Origin: Candidatus Saganbacteria bacterium
Lineage (GTDB): Bacteria > Margulisbacteria > WOR-1 > O2-12-FULL-45-9
Assembly (NCBI GenBank): GCA_016932255.1
Contig: JAFGDE010000012.1
Location: 58,049-122,048 of the forward strand
DNA length: 64,000 nt
Reading direction: 5' to 3'
Position 1 is the stretch's first letter. Each line of letters opens with the position of its first letter. Shown piece by piece: positions 27,094 to 39,869 of this stretch. A program made the position numbers and the translations under genes. The notes beneath the pieces are model-generated. The model did no database searches and was not told the origin of the DNA. It worked only from the letters and a program-made list of their open reading frames with translations.

Positions 27094-28359
27094 ATGAAAA
27101 AACTTTTCGTTATGATCCTTTCCCTGGCTCTAATCGGCAACAGCGCGTTTGCCATCTACGCGCCGCGCGCTATGGCTATGGGCGGCGCTTTTACCGCAAT
27201 AGCTGATGATGCTTTTGCCGCATACTGGAACCCGGCCGGTTTTGCCATTAATCCTGGCGTGGACCTGGCCGGCTCCTACCAGATGACCAACCGCAATGCG
27301 CAGATCGGCGACAACACTTTCGCTCTCAAGGGCTGTTTTGAAATTGGCATGAATCCCTTTGCCTGGGTCGCGGGCATCGGGCTGGCTTCGATTGTCGCCT
27401 ATCAGGGCGCCCGATATCTGGCTGACCAGGATGTGATCAAAAAGAACTGGGGCCGGGCTGAAGAAAAACAGGCCAAGGAAGAATCCATGTCAGAAGAGGT
27501 CAAAGAAGAGGACGAAAAAGCCGAAGCAGCAGGCAAGGAACCGGTCAGGGAACCGATCTCCCGGAAGGAAACAGTGAAGAAGGCCGCAAAAAAGGCCGGT
27601 GAGGCGGCTATCCATGTGGGAGACCAGTTCATTAATGCTGTGGCCCGGGAAGTTCCCAAACAGACCAACATCTATCTCTACGCGCCCGGCTGGTACCAGC
27701 CGAACTATTACCGGCCTAACTATTGGGATAATAGGTATATGTATAAAGAAAAAGAATTGACTCCGCAGGGCAAAGCTCAGTTCGCCATGGGGCTGACCGT
27801 TATATCGGATAAAAACGCCGTGCTTGACCAGGATACGGGCTGGTATTCCTTTTCCCTAGCTTCTGGTTACGGCGAAATAGTCGCCCTGGGCGCCAATATC
27901 AACGCATACGATCTGAAGATACCAAGCCTTAATGTCAGAGGTATTGGCGCCGGCATGGATGTGGGCGGCCTGATCCGGATCAATGAATCATTGATGTTCG
28001 GCGTGGCGGTCAAGGAACTGCTGACGACCGACATCAAGTTCGAGAACGGTTTTATCACGCGCTACCAGATGTCAGTCAATTCCGGAGTGGCCATCAAGCC
28101 CATCCCGCAGGTGACCGTTGCCGCCGATGTTCACAATCTTTTTGAGCAGAGCGGCCGGCCAGCGACCATGCACTACGGCGTTGAGATGCGGCCGATCTAT
28201 GGACTGGCCTTACGCGCTGGCCTGTCAGATACCGATACCAGCCAGAGCAATAAGACCGCCGGCATAAGCGTCGGCTTCGGCCAGATGATCATTGACTACA
28301 CCTATCTGGGCGGGGAATATAACCGGACCCAGATGATCGGAGCGACCTGGAAGATATAA
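27094..28359 (+). CDS. PorV/PorQ-like outer-membrane beta-barrel protein (paralogue of 14902-16341) with an acidic low-complexity insert
   Basis: Signal peptide then APRAMAMGGAFTAIADDAFAAYWNPAGFA motif. C-terminus ends in an aromatic residue typical of OM barrels. Confidence 0.5.
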   Translation: MKKLFVMILSLALIGNSAFAIYAPRAMAMGGAFTAIADDAFAAYWNPAGFAINPGVDLAGSYQMTNRNAQIGDNTFALKGCFEIGMNPFAWVAGIGLASIVAYQGARYLADQDVIKKNWGRAEEKQAKEESMSEEVKEEDEKAEAAGKEPVREPISRKETVKKAAKKAGEAAIHVGDQFINAVAREVPKQTNIYLYAPGWYQPNYYRPNYWDNRYMYKEKELTPQGKAQFAMGLTVISDKNAVLDQDTGWYSFSLASGYGEIVALGANINAYDLKIPSLNVRGIGAGMDVGGLIRINESLMFGVAVKELLTTDIKFENGFITRYQMSVNSGVAIKPIPQVTVAADVHNLFEQSGRPATMHYGVEMRPIYGLALRAGLSDTDTSQSNKTAGISVGFGQMIIDYTYLGGEYNRTQMIGATWKI

Positions 28360-28363
28360 GGAC

Positions 28364-29872
28364 ATGAACCAAAGCTTGCTTGATGCCAAGAGACCCAACA
28401 CCTGGGCCAATTTAACGCGGCTTAATTACCGCGGTCGCACCGAATGGATCAGGGATAACTTCACTGAGATAATCCGGGCCTTGCAGCGCCTTAACAGCGA
28501 CAGCTCCGACCCCTGGAACCTGCTCGGCCACATCTGCATTGACGACAATCTGTACCAGGAGGCTGAAAAGATCTACGACGAATTGTTCAAGAAGACCCAG
28601 AAGGAGCACGGCGATGTCAGTATCCCGGCCTACCTGCGCGGCATTACCCATTTCCTCCAGGGCCGCTTTCAGGAAGCTTACAAGGATTTCAAGGCCTCGC
28701 GCCATTACGAGGTCCAGATAAAGAAAGTCAACAGCGCTTCGGCCAATGCCATCCAGTATATGGAAGAAATGCTCTTCCCCACGCGCGAGATCATCAAGAC
28801 GAACCAGAGCAAGCTGGTCCACTATCTTAACACGCCAAAGATGCTGGACCGGACCATGGGGGCCTATGCCCTGCGCACGATCCATAAATGGAATTCCGCT
28901 TCGCCCCTTTACTCGCAGGGCATCTCACAGGGCGGCGGCTATTTCCTGACCCTCAAGAACCAGCGCGGCCAGACCAAAGGCATTGCTATTGATCCGGGAT
29001 ATGATTTCTTCACTATTTTCCGCGACCTCGGCCTGGGGATCGCTGATATCGACGCCATCATCATCACCCACGACCACGACGATCACACTGAATCGGTCGA
29101 AGGCATCCTTTCGCTGCTGGCAAAATACAACGACCACAACGAGCAGCACCAGAGCAAGGTGTTGGACATTTTCGGCTCCGCCGGCGTCCTGCTCAAGTTC
29201 CACGGCCTGCTCTCGGCCACCGATCTGTTCGGCAACCGCGAAATAAACTTCAAGCTGCTGGTCCCCGGAGCGGAAGTCACTGAGATCGAAGGCGAATCAC
29301 TCTTGGAAAAGCACGGCTTCACCCTGTCGGTCAAACCGGCGCACCACACCGAACGCTGGACCAACCAGGAATCTTCGGTCGGGGTCGTCATCAATACCAA
29401 CATCAGGGACCCCAAGAACAGCGGCTATTTGAAGATCGGCATTACCGGTGATACGCGCTATGAGGTCGGTTTGGGCCGCGAGTACAAGGACGTCCAGGTC
29501 CTGCTGCTTAATATCGGTTCGGTCGAGAAAGAAGAAGGCAAATTCCTCAGACAGCATCTTGGCATGCTGGGCTGCATCAATCTGTTGAAAGAAGCCCGTT
29601 TAGGCAAGCACTTGCTGGCCATATTAACGGAGTTCGGCGAGGAATTCTCCGGCAAGCGCGAAGCGATCAGCCGGATCATCGAAAGCTGGGCCCAGCCCAT
29701 GGCCGGCAACCATTCCCAGCTGCTCAGGGTCGTGCCGGCTGACGTGCATCTTGAGGTCAGGTTGAGCGACCTGAACATCCGCGAGACCGAAACTGACGTT
29801 TTCTTCCCTTATAATATGATCACGATCGATGAAACTGACCCTGAAATCCTGAGGTACCGCTTTAATGGTTAG
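28364..29872 (+). CDS. Two-domain protein: N-terminal TPR-like helical domain plus C-terminal MBL-fold metallo-hydrolase
   Basis: 502 aa with HxHxDH motif IITHDHDDH and downstream GITGDTRY / His motifs. Confidence 0.6.
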   Translation: MNQSLLDAKRPNTWANLTRLNYRGRTEWIRDNFTEIIRALQRLNSDSSDPWNLLGHICIDDNLYQEAEKIYDELFKKTQKEHGDVSIPAYLRGITHFLQGRFQEAYKDFKASRHYEVQIKKVNSASANAIQYMEEMLFPTREIIKTNQSKLVHYLNTPKMLDRTMGAYALRTIHKWNSASPLYSQGISQGGGYFLTLKNQRGQTKGIAIDPGYDFFTIFRDLGLGIADIDAIIITHDHDDHTESVEGILSLLAKYNDHNEQHQSKVLDIFGSAGVLLKFHGLLSATDLFGNREINFKLLVPGAEVTEIEGESLLEKHGFTLSVKPAHHTERWTNQESSVGVVINTNIRDPKNSGYLKIGITGDTRYEVGLGREYKDVQVLLLNIGSVEKEEGKFLRQHLGMLGCINLLKEARLGKHLLAILTEFGEEFSGKREAISRIIESWAQPMAGNHSQLLRVVPADVHLEVRLSDLNIRETETDVFFPYNMITIDETDPEILRYRFNG

Positions 29873-31019
29873 TCTAGCGCTGCTGCGAGAATCTAAAACA
29901 GACACTAAAGGACGCGAAGTCGAGAACCGTGTCCTTTTTATCCCCGCCCAGATACAAGAGCTCAGCTCGCTCAAGCAGGTCGAATTGTTCGTGGAAAAAG
30001 AGGCCGGCGCCAGGATCGACTTCGGTGATAATGCCTATGAAAAGGCCGGTGCTGCGATCATCAGTCATCAAGAGGCTCTGGCCAAGGATATTGTTCTCGG
30101 CGTTAAAGAGACCAGGCTGGCTGATATGGACGGCCTCAGGAACAACCTCTGGATCTCCTACCAGCATTTTGCCCAAAGCAAACCGCGCACCGAAGCCGCG
30201 CTTCAGGCCAGTAAAAAACTTGGCACGACCTTTTTAGCTCTGGAAACCATGGAGCTCAAAAAGGACGGGCGGTCCTTTTTTCCCTGTTTGGCGCCGATGA
30301 GCGAAGCGGCGGCCAAGATCATCGCCCGCCATGCGGACGAATACGCGCTATTAAAGAAGAAGATCATCACGAGCGGCCTGCCCGGGACCGGACTGTGCGG
30401 GGTCAAAACCGCTATTCTCGGCGGCGGCAATGTCGGCCGTACCGCGGCTGAGGAGTTCTCAGAGCGCGGCTGCGAGGTCTTTCTACTGGAAAAGACGCCG
30501 GAACGGGCCAAAGAACTAACGGAATACTTTAGCGCCAATTCCATCCGTTTTCCCAAGGTCAGAGTGGTTGAGCTGACCCCGGAGAACCTGCGCAACAGCG
30601 TGCGCGAAGCGCTCTTCTTGGTCAGCTCCATGTACACTGCCGGCAAAAAACCGGAAAAATTGATCACTGTTGACTTGCTCAAGACCATGACGCCTGGCGG
30701 TTGCGTCTATCCGGTGGATATCGACCAGGGCGGCGGGGTAGAAGGCGTGATCGAAACAAGTATCCTGGAACCGTTCGCCCTACCGGTGATCCCGGGCACT
30801 GAGGTGTTCTTTTTCGCGCCGCCTAATCTGCCTTCTCTGGGCGCAAAGACCACATCCGAAGCCCTGGGCGCGGCCTTGCTGCCTTATCTGGAAGCGATCA
30901 TTACCAAAGGTTTGAAAAAAGCCGCGGAAGAGGATCCAACAATAGCCAGCGGGATTAATATCCAGCAGGGCAAGATCATCCATCCTGGACTTGCCTCGGT
31001 CTTCCCCACGTTGAAGTAG
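29865..31019 (+). CDS. Alanine dehydrogenase/PNT-family NAD(P)-dependent dehydrogenase (divergent)
   Basis: 384 aa; N-terminal AlaDH/PNT domain and Rossmann ILGGGNVGRTAA. 8-nt overlap with the preceding gene. Confidence 0.6.
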   Translation: MVSLALLRESKTDTKGREVENRVLFIPAQIQELSSLKQVELFVEKEAGARIDFGDNAYEKAGAAIISHQEALAKDIVLGVKETRLADMDGLRNNLWISYQHFAQSKPRTEAALQASKKLGTTFLALETMELKKDGRSFFPCLAPMSEAAAKIIARHADEYALLKKKIITSGLPGTGLCGVKTAILGGGNVGRTAAEEFSERGCEVFLLEKTPERAKELTEYFSANSIRFPKVRVVELTPENLRNSVREALFLVSSMYTAGKKPEKLITVDLLKTMTPGGCVYPVDIDQGGGVEGVIETSILEPFALPVIPGTEVFFFAPPNLPSLGAKTTSEALGAALLPYLEAIITKGLKKAAEEDPTIASGINIQQGKIIHPGLASVFPTLK

Positions 31020-31035
31020 GGGAAACTCAAAACAT

Positions 31036-31100
31036 CCCACACTAAAGTGTGGGGAATGATTCCCCAGAATTCATTCTGGGGTTCAAAGTGAAAAGACTTA
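31036..31100. terminator. Two tandem hairpins between convergent genes; candidate bidirectional terminator
   Basis: CCCACAC-taaa-GTGTGGG, and CCCCAGAAT-tc-ATTCTGGGG as a perfect 9-bp stem. Confidence 0.4.
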
Positions 31101-31154
31101 TCTTTATGCATCCAGGGGCAGAACCCCAGCGCCAAGATCAAACAGGCGCACAAT

Positions 31155-32558
31155 TCATTTTAGTGAAGAGATCAACTGAGCCACCACTTCCCTATCATCC
31201 AGCGCCACTTTCTTGCCCTTAAAATCCTGATACTTCTCATGTCCCCTGCCCGCGATCAGGACCGTGTCGCCTTTCTTGGCCAGTTTCAGCGCAGCTTCGA
31301 TCGCTTTCTTTCTGTCGGTGATCTTCGTAAGCTTCAACTTACCGGCAACTTCCTTGATAATAGCCTCCGGCCCTTCTGAATGAGGATCGTCGGTCGTAAC
31401 AATGGCCTCGTCCGCCAGCTCAGCCGCGATCCTGCCCATGATCGGCCGTTTATCGCGGTCTCGGTCGCCCGGACAGCCAAAGACCAGGATGATCCTGCCC
31501 GGGGTCAGCGGCCGGTAAGCCTCGATCAGCTTCTGCAGAGCATCGGGAGAATGAGCAAAGTCAACAATGACAGAGAAAGGCTGGCCCAGATCGATGCGCT
31601 CGAACCTGCCGGGCACCAGCTTGAGCGCTTCTATGCCCTTTTTGATCGTCTTGTTCGGAATACCGAGAACGAGCGCACACTGGAACGCGGCCACAATATT
31701 ATAAATATTGGGCAGGCCGATCAGATGGGTCTTGAGCTTGACCGAATTGACCTTAAGCGCCATCTGGTCGGGCTTGACCTGGACCTCGGACACGACCGCG
31801 TCGAACTCATTATGCTTGGTGGAACGCAGTTCATGCCTGGCCTGCGCCACTCCGTAAGTGATGGTCTCACCTTTGACCACATTGATGATATGGGAGCTGA
31901 CCGGATCGTCCACATTGACGATCGCCACCCCTTCGGGCTTAAGCATTTCGAACAAACGCTTTTTGATGCAGAGATATTCTTCTCGGGTATGGTGGAAATC
32001 AAGATGGTCATGGGTCAGGTTGGTAAAGATCGCGATGTCAAAATCACAGCCCAGCACCCGGTCCTGGGCCAGGGCGTGAGAAGAAACCTCCATGACCACG
32101 TGGGTCACGCCCTGCTCCACCATTCTCGCCAGTAACGCTTGAAGCTCCAGTGATTCAGGGGTTGTCAGACCGGAAGGTATTTCCTCTCCATTGATCCGCG
32201 CGCCGACCGTACCGATCAAACCGACCTTATATCCGGCCGCGCGCAAAATTGACTCGATCAAAAAAGCGGTCGTGGTCTTGCCGTTGGTCCCGGTAATACC
32301 GATCAGCTTTACTTTTTGCGACGGATGATCGTAAAACATGTTGGCCAGCCGGGCCAGGGCCTGGCGGGCCGACGGCACCAGCTGAAGATCAACATCATCT
32401 GGGACCTGGACCTTATGCTCGGCTACGATGGTCGCAGCGCCATTCTCGATCGCCTGCGGGATGAACTCCTCGCCATTAACCATAAAGCCGGGAATTGCAA
32501 CGAACACATCTCCTGGTTTAACTTTTCTAGAATCGTACGCTATTCCTTTATATTGCAT
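31155..32558 (-). CDS. murE: UDP-N-acetylmuramoyl-L-alanyl-D-glutamate--2,6-diaminopimelate ligase
   Basis: 467 aa. Mur ligase P-loop GTNGKTT and full-length MurE similarity. Confidence 0.9.
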   Translation of the reverse strand: MQYKGIAYDSRKVKPGDVFVAIPGFMVNGEEFIPQAIENGAATIVAEHKVQVPDDVDLQLVPSARQALARLANMFYDHPSQKVKLIGITGTNGKTTTAFLIESILRAAGYKVGLIGTVGARINGEEIPSGLTTPESLELQALLARMVEQGVTHVVMEVSSHALAQDRVLGCDFDIAIFTNLTHDHLDFHHTREEYLCIKKRLFEMLKPEGVAIVNVDDPVSSHIINVVKGETITYGVAQARHELRSTKHNEFDAVVSEVQVKPDQMALKVNSVKLKTHLIGLPNIYNIVAAFQCALVLGIPNKTIKKGIEALKLVPGRFERIDLGQPFSVIVDFAHSPDALQKLIEAYRPLTPGRIILVFGCPGDRDRDKRPIMGRIAAELADEAIVTTDDPHSEGPEAIIKEVAGKLKLTKITDRKKAIEAALKLAKKGDTVLIAGRGHEKYQDFKGKKVALDDREVVAQLISSLK

Positions 32559-32715
32559 GGCTTTCTTTGACCTAAAGTAAGAGTATCAGAAAATCATAAT
32601 ACCAGAACAAGAGTTCAGAGAATCAGAGTCTCTTCATCTGCTATTCTGCTCATCTCGATCAGATGATCTGATATTCTGATAATCTTTCACTCCTGAGCCC
32701 AAAAATACACACAAA

Positions 32716-33792
32716 TCACTCACTCAACGAGTCTGATATCTTACCCTTCTTTATTAGACTATTGATGTTCTTCCACCAGGTCGCGCCGAATTCGAAGAGA
32801 TTATAGAACAACGGGCTGTAAGGGAAATCATACGCGCCAATGAACCTGACCTGTTTGCCGTTAAAGCCTTTTTTAAAGCGATAGACCCCGTATAAAGGAT
32901 GCTCCGGCCTTGGATCAACAGGTATGCCCCAAAGATCATATATTTTATAACCCTTGGCTTTAGCCCACTGGATGATATACCAATGCAGCAGATGATTGGG
33001 CATTACATTACGGTGCTCGGAGCGCGAGGCGCCGTACATGTACCAGACCCGCGAGCCGAAACAAAAGACAATGACCGCACCGACAGCCCGTTCATTGTAA
33101 TAAGCGATAAAACAGCTGCCCATATTTTTTTTGAACAGCAGTTCCCTGATCGATTGATAATACTTGAGGGGATGGATCATGAACTTGTCCCGGCCGGCGG
33201 TCTCCTGATAGATGTTGAAGAAGAGATTGACGCCTTTTTCGCTCGCATCTTCTTTGATCGTTACGTCTTTCTTGATCGCCAGGCGCACATTGTAGCGGGT
33301 CTTTTCCTCAAAACTTTTGAGGATATCGGCGCTGTCCCTGGTCAGATCGAGCAGAAAGGTCGCTCGCGGCTGGACCTGCTTGGCCGAGCGCACGAACCCA
33401 AGTGTTTTGAGCGTCTCCAAAGCCGGGCTCTGATCCGCGCTAACGTCCGGCACTTCTGGATCGATCTTCAGGGAAATTGCTTTATACGCATCAGCCTCTT
33501 CCTCGATCGCGCTGAGCAGGAATTCGACCTGCTCCCGGTTGGCCAGGCTGACCAGTGGTCCGCGCGGCGCATAAAAGACCGAATAACCGATATAAGGGAT
33601 CTTCTTTTTGAGGATGGAAACACCGGCGACCAGCTTGCCGTTATCTTCGACCGCGATGCGCAACGGTTCCCAGCTAAAGAGGGATTTTAATTCGCCCCAC
33701 TCAAATGATTGAAGGATCGGAGATGACCTTGAGGCCGCGACAAAATCGTTCCACAGATCCCTGTCAGCATAAGTTATCAGTCGCTTCTTCAT
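32716..33792 (-). CDS. FemAB/FemX-family aminoacyl-tRNA-dependent peptidyl- or aminoacyl-transferase
   Basis: 358 aa in the FemAB-family (GNAT-like double domain) layout; adjacent to murE. Confidence 0.65.
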   Translation of the reverse strand: MKKRLITYADRDLWNDFVAASRSSPILQSFEWGELKSLFSWEPLRIAVEDNGKLVAGVSILKKKIPYIGYSVFYAPRGPLVSLANREQVEFLLSAIEEEADAYKAISLKIDPEVPDVSADQSPALETLKTLGFVRSAKQVQPRATFLLDLTRDSADILKSFEEKTRYNVRLAIKKDVTIKEDASEKGVNLFFNIYQETAGRDKFMIHPLKYYQSIRELLFKKNMGSCFIAYYNERAVGAVIVFCFGSRVWYMYGASRSEHRNVMPNHLLHWYIIQWAKAKGYKIYDLWGIPVDPRPEHPLYGVYRFKKGFNGKQVRFIGAYDFPYSPLFYNLFEFGATWWKNINSLIKKGKISDSLSE

Positions 33793-33810
33793 CTGTGCTA
33801 TAATTATAAC

Positions 33811-34374
33811 ATGATTTTAATGATCGATAACTATGACAGTTTTACCTATAATCTAGTCCAATATATGGGTGAGTTGGGCGCGCAGCTTGATGTCTATCGC
33901 AATGACAAGATCACCATCGCACAGATAGAAAAACTTAAGCCCGAGCGCATCGTCATCTCGCCTGGTCCGGGCCAGCCAAAGGACGCGGGTATCTCTGAAG
34001 AAGTGATCAGGACTTTTGCCGGTAAAGTGCCGATCCTCGGGGTCTGTCTGGGAGAACAAGCCATGGCCGAGACATTCGGCGGCAGGATCGTGCTGGCCAA
34101 GAATCTGATGCATGGCAAGACCTCAGAAGTGTATCATGACGGCAAGACGATCTTCAAAGGCCTGCCCGACCCTTTTACAGCCACCAGGTATCATTCACTG
34201 ATCGTGGAAAAGAAAAGCCTGCCGGATTGTTTTGAGGTCTCGGCCTGGACGGATCAGGATGAGATCATGGGGATCAGACATAAAGAATATAAGCTAGAAG
34301 GCGTGCAGTTCCACCCGGAATCTATTTTGACTTCGTCTGGGAAGGCCCTTTTGGCGAACTTTTTGTCTCTGTAG
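33811..34374 (+). CDS. Glutamine amidotransferase component II of anthranilate/aminodeoxychorismate synthase
   Basis: 187 aa class-I GATase with catalytic Cys in GVCLGEQ and His/Glu in HPES. TrpG or PabA cannot be distinguished by eye. Confidence 0.85.
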   Translation: MILMIDNYDSFTYNLVQYMGELGAQLDVYRNDKITIAQIEKLKPERIVISPGPGQPKDAGISEEVIRTFAGKVPILGVCLGEQAMAETFGGRIVLAKNLMHGKTSEVYHDGKTIFKGLPDPFTATRYHSLIVEKKSLPDCFEVSAWTDQDEIMGIRHKEYKLEGVQFHPESILTSSGKALLANFLSL

Positions 34375-34624
34375 CACCTCGACTTTGCTCGGCGCTAGTT
34401 TTCTTTGGCTCTCCTGCTTTCTGCTCTCCACTTTCTACTTTCGACTTTCTAGAATAGTCGGTCACATGAAAGCCTGAACCTTTAAAGACAATGCCGACTG
34501 GAGAAATGAGTTTTTTGATCGGTCCCTTGCATTCGGGACAGAACTTAAGCGGCTCTTCTGAGATCTTCTGCATCACCTCAAAAACATGGCCGCATTTCTG
34601 GCATTTATAGTCGTAAAGTGGCAT
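34322..34624 (-). CDS. FmdB-family zinc-ribbon regulatory protein
   Basis: [16 protein letters not shown]...CPECKG is the classical FmdB zinc ribbon, followed by a charged tail. 53-nt convergent overlap with the GATase gene. Confidence 0.7.
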   Translation of the reverse strand: MPLYDYKCQKCGHVFEVMQKISEEPLKFCPECKGPIKKLISPVGIVFKGSGFHVTDYSRKSKVESGEQKAGEPKKTSAEQSRGATETKSSPKGPSQTKSK

Positions 34625-34652
34625 GGAATAATTATATCACAAGGGGCAAGCT

Positions 34653-34889
34653 TTAAATTGCGGGCGTTTCAGGAGTTGCTTCAGTGATATCAAGTGAGGC
34701 CAGGGTCTGGGGCGGTTCAGGGTTCATGGTAAAAACACCGGACAGGCCTTCGACCTGTTTCATTCTGGCCTGGGCTGAATCGAACTGATCGCGCAGTATC
34801 TGCATAAAATTGCCGTCGCCCGCCCTGGTCACAGGGTTAAGCGAGGTTATCCGAAAACTGTCATGTATGCGTGAGAGTTCCGCAGCCAT
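34653..34889 (-). CDS. Hypothetical 78-aa protein
   Basis: ORF in tight operon context between serS and the FmdB gene; no recognisable motif. Confidence 0.35.
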   Translation of the reverse strand: MAAELSRIHDSFRITSLNPVTRAGDGNFMQILRDQFDSAQARMKQVEGLSGVFTMNPEPPQTLASLDITEATPETPAI

Positions 34890-34928
34890 ACATATATTTA
34901 TCGTGGCAAAGGAGGAAAAACTTGCGTG

Positions 34929-37604
<2,676 letters not shown>

Positions 37605-37608
<4 letters not shown>

Positions 37609-38213
37609 TTTTTGCTTTTTGCTTCCAGTTCCTTGAGCCGGGTATTCAGCTCATCGATGGCTTTGTGGATGGGATCCGGCAGAGCACCGTGTTCCAGCGG
37701 AGCAAGCCGCCTGCCTTCCCGCCTGATCGTCCAGGAAGGATTGCCTACAACAGTTGTTTCCGGCGGTACTGATTTCGTGACCACTGCGCCAGCGCCGATC
37801 CTGGCATTGTCGCCGATGATAATATTGCCCAGAACGATCGCGCCAGCGCCAATTACCACGCCGTTGCCGATCGTGGGATGGCGCTTGCCCCGTTCCTTGC
37901 CAGTACCGCCAAGGGTCACGCCCTGATAAATCACGACATCGTCACCGATCACTGAGGTCGCGCCAATGACTACGCCGTTGCCATGGTCAATAAAGAACCG
38001 TCTACCTATCTTAGCACCCGGATGGATCTCGATCAGGGTCAGCAACCTGGAGATCTGCGAGATCAGTCTGGGTAGAATAGGTATATGGAGCCAGTGCAGA
38101 AAGTGGGCAATGCGGTGAAAGAACATTGCCCAGATGCTCTGGTACATCCAGATCTCCCAGAGATTGGCTGCCGGGTCCTTTTGAAAAATCGTTTTGATCC
38201 CATCAAATAACAT
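37605..38213 (-). CDS. cysE: Serine O-acetyltransferase
   Basis: 202 aa with left-handed beta-helix hexapeptide repeats and the CysE N-terminal helical domain. Confidence 0.88.
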
Positions 38214-38232
38214 TTTATCCTCCTAAAACCAA

Positions 38233-38284
38233 CCTGCGACTGAACGTCGCGGTTGAGTTAGAAAAGAACCGAGACGTTCAGTCT
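38233..38284. terminator. Second copy of the paired hairpin element (GCGAC-TGAAC-GTCGC and GAGAC-GTTCA-GTCTC) between the DUF2148 gene and cysE
   Basis: 17 nt GCGACTGAACGTCGCGG identical to 23661-23677. Confidence 0.45.
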
Positions 38285-38297
38285 CCTGTTCCTTTCT

Positions 38298-38831
38298 CTA
38301 TTTTCGGTCAAAGAACGGATTCTTGCCTGTGGCCGACAGGGGAATGCCATAAGCCAGCTTAACTTTAGGTCCCAGCCAGCCCAGCTCGATCGCTGCTTTG
38401 CCCACCGTGTACATGATACGGTTATCCAGCCGGTTGTCCATGGCGACCGAGACCGCCGAACCGATGGCGATCCCCAGATCGCCCGGATTGAAAGCGCACA
38501 TGCCGCCTGCCTTATCATTGGCCGCGCAGTCGGCATAACCGCACAGACCGCAATATTTCAGCTGAAGCGCCTGGCGCCTGGTCCCTATAATTACAATGGC
38601 CGCCGCTTTCAGGATATTCTCTCCATCGCGCAAAAAGGTTTTATGCTCCTGCTGCTGGCCGATGTTGAGCATTTTTTTTGACAGTTCGGCTATATCTTCT
38701 TTCCCCTTGATCACGATAACTTCCAGAAGATCCAATCCCCTGGCCTTGGGAGCTGTCCTGGCGGCCAGGCACATTGCCTCAGCTATTTTCTCGATCCTGG
38801 CCTGTTTGAATTCGCCGTCCTTCACTATCAT
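38298..38831 (-). CDS. DUF2148-like ferredoxin-domain protein
   Basis: 177 aa with CGLCGYADC and MCAFN Cys motifs. 4-nt overlap with the channel gene. Confidence 0.55.
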   Translation of the reverse strand: MIVKDGEFKQARIEKIAEAMCLAARTAPKARGLDLLEVIVIKGKEDIAELSKKMLNIGQQQEHKTFLRDGENILKAAAIVIIGTRRQALQLKYCGLCGYADCAANDKAGGMCAFNPGDLGIAIGSAVSVAMDNRLDNRIMYTVGKAAIELGWLGPKVKLAYGIPLSATGKNPFFDRK

Positions 38832-39823
38832 TTGATCATCCTTGACAGCAGCTCAAGCTGTTCCTGGGTGCCGATAACTATCAGGATATCGCCGCCTTCG
38901 ATCGTTGAGACAGCCAGCGGCTGCAGATTGAAGCCGCCGTCAGCCTTGCGGATCGCCAGCACTGTAGCGCCTGATTTCTGCCGGATACTGGCCTCTTCCA
39001 GTGATTTGCCGATAAGTTTTGATTTTTCCGGTATCGCTATCTCACGCAGGCTGAACTCAAGATGTTCGCCATGCATCACCGTGTCCAGGAAATCAGAGGC
39101 CACCGGCCGCATGATCAGGCCGGCCATGCGGCGGCCGGAAATGAAATAAGGCGAGATGACCCGGTTAGCGCCCGCCAGTTTGAGCTTTTCCTCGGCGTCC
39201 TTGCCGCTGGCCCGGGCCACGATATACAGGTCCGGGTTGGCCGCCCGGCCGGACAAGGTGACAAAAACGTTCTCCATGTCCGAATCAGCGCAGGCCACCA
39301 GGCCTCTAGCCCGCTGCACGCCGGCCTCTTCCAGTTTACCGTCGGTCGTTGTGTCACCAATGATATAAGGGATACCGGTCTGCTCCAGTTCATCAGCGGT
39401 TTCAGGTTTGATATCGATCACTACGTAGGGTAGCTTGGCCGCCGCGAATTCCGCGGCCACTTGATGCCCCACCCGGCCGAAACCACAAATTATATAGTGC
39501 TCTTTCATATCCTTGATCTTGTGTTCCATTCTTTTCCTCCTCCTGTAACCGAAGATCTGGCCTTCAATGATCATTTCACCAAAAAGACCGACAGTATAGA
39601 TAGCCGTGCCGACACCGGAAATAATGATCACCATCGTTAATACGCGGCCGGCGGCGGAAAGTTCATGGACCTCATGAAAACCGACCGTGAACAATGTGAT
39701 GACAAGCATATAAAGAGAATCGAACACACTCCAGCCTTCAATAACCTCATAACCGATCACCCCTAAGAGAACGATGACCAGCAGTATCAGGAAAGGCAGC
39801 ATTAATCTCTTGAACGGATTCAT
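38828..39823 (-). CDS. MthK-like RCK-gated cation channel with non-canonical selectivity filter
   Basis: 2TM pore module (filter TVGFHE in place of TVGYGD) plus TrkA-N Rossmann (ICGFGRVGHQVA) and TrkA-C domain. Confidence 0.75.
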   Translation of the reverse strand: MNPFKRLMLPFLILLVIVLLGVIGYEVIEGWSVFDSLYMLVITLFTVGFHEVHELSAAGRVLTMVIIISGVGTAIYTVGLFGEMIIEGQIFGYRRRKRMEHKIKDMKEHYIICGFGRVGHQVAAEFAAAKLPYVVIDIKPETADELEQTGIPYIIGDTTTDGKLEEAGVQRARGLVACADSDMENVFVTLSGRAANPDLYIVARASGKDAEEKLKLAGANRVISPYFISGRRMAGLIMRPVASDFLDTVMHGEHLEFSLREIAIPEKSKLIGKSLEEASIRQKSGATVLAIRKADGGFNLQPLAVSTIEGGDILIVIGTQEQLELLSRMIK

Positions 39824-39869
39824 TCCCAGCTCTTCTCCTTACTTCGCATTTTTTGCAGGGATCACGGGC

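Noticed and set aside
38258-38536. 92-aa minus-strand ORF overlapping the DUF2148 gene and the hairpin element
   Set aside because: It lies in a different frame of a region better explained by the DUF2148 gene and the terminator hairpins.
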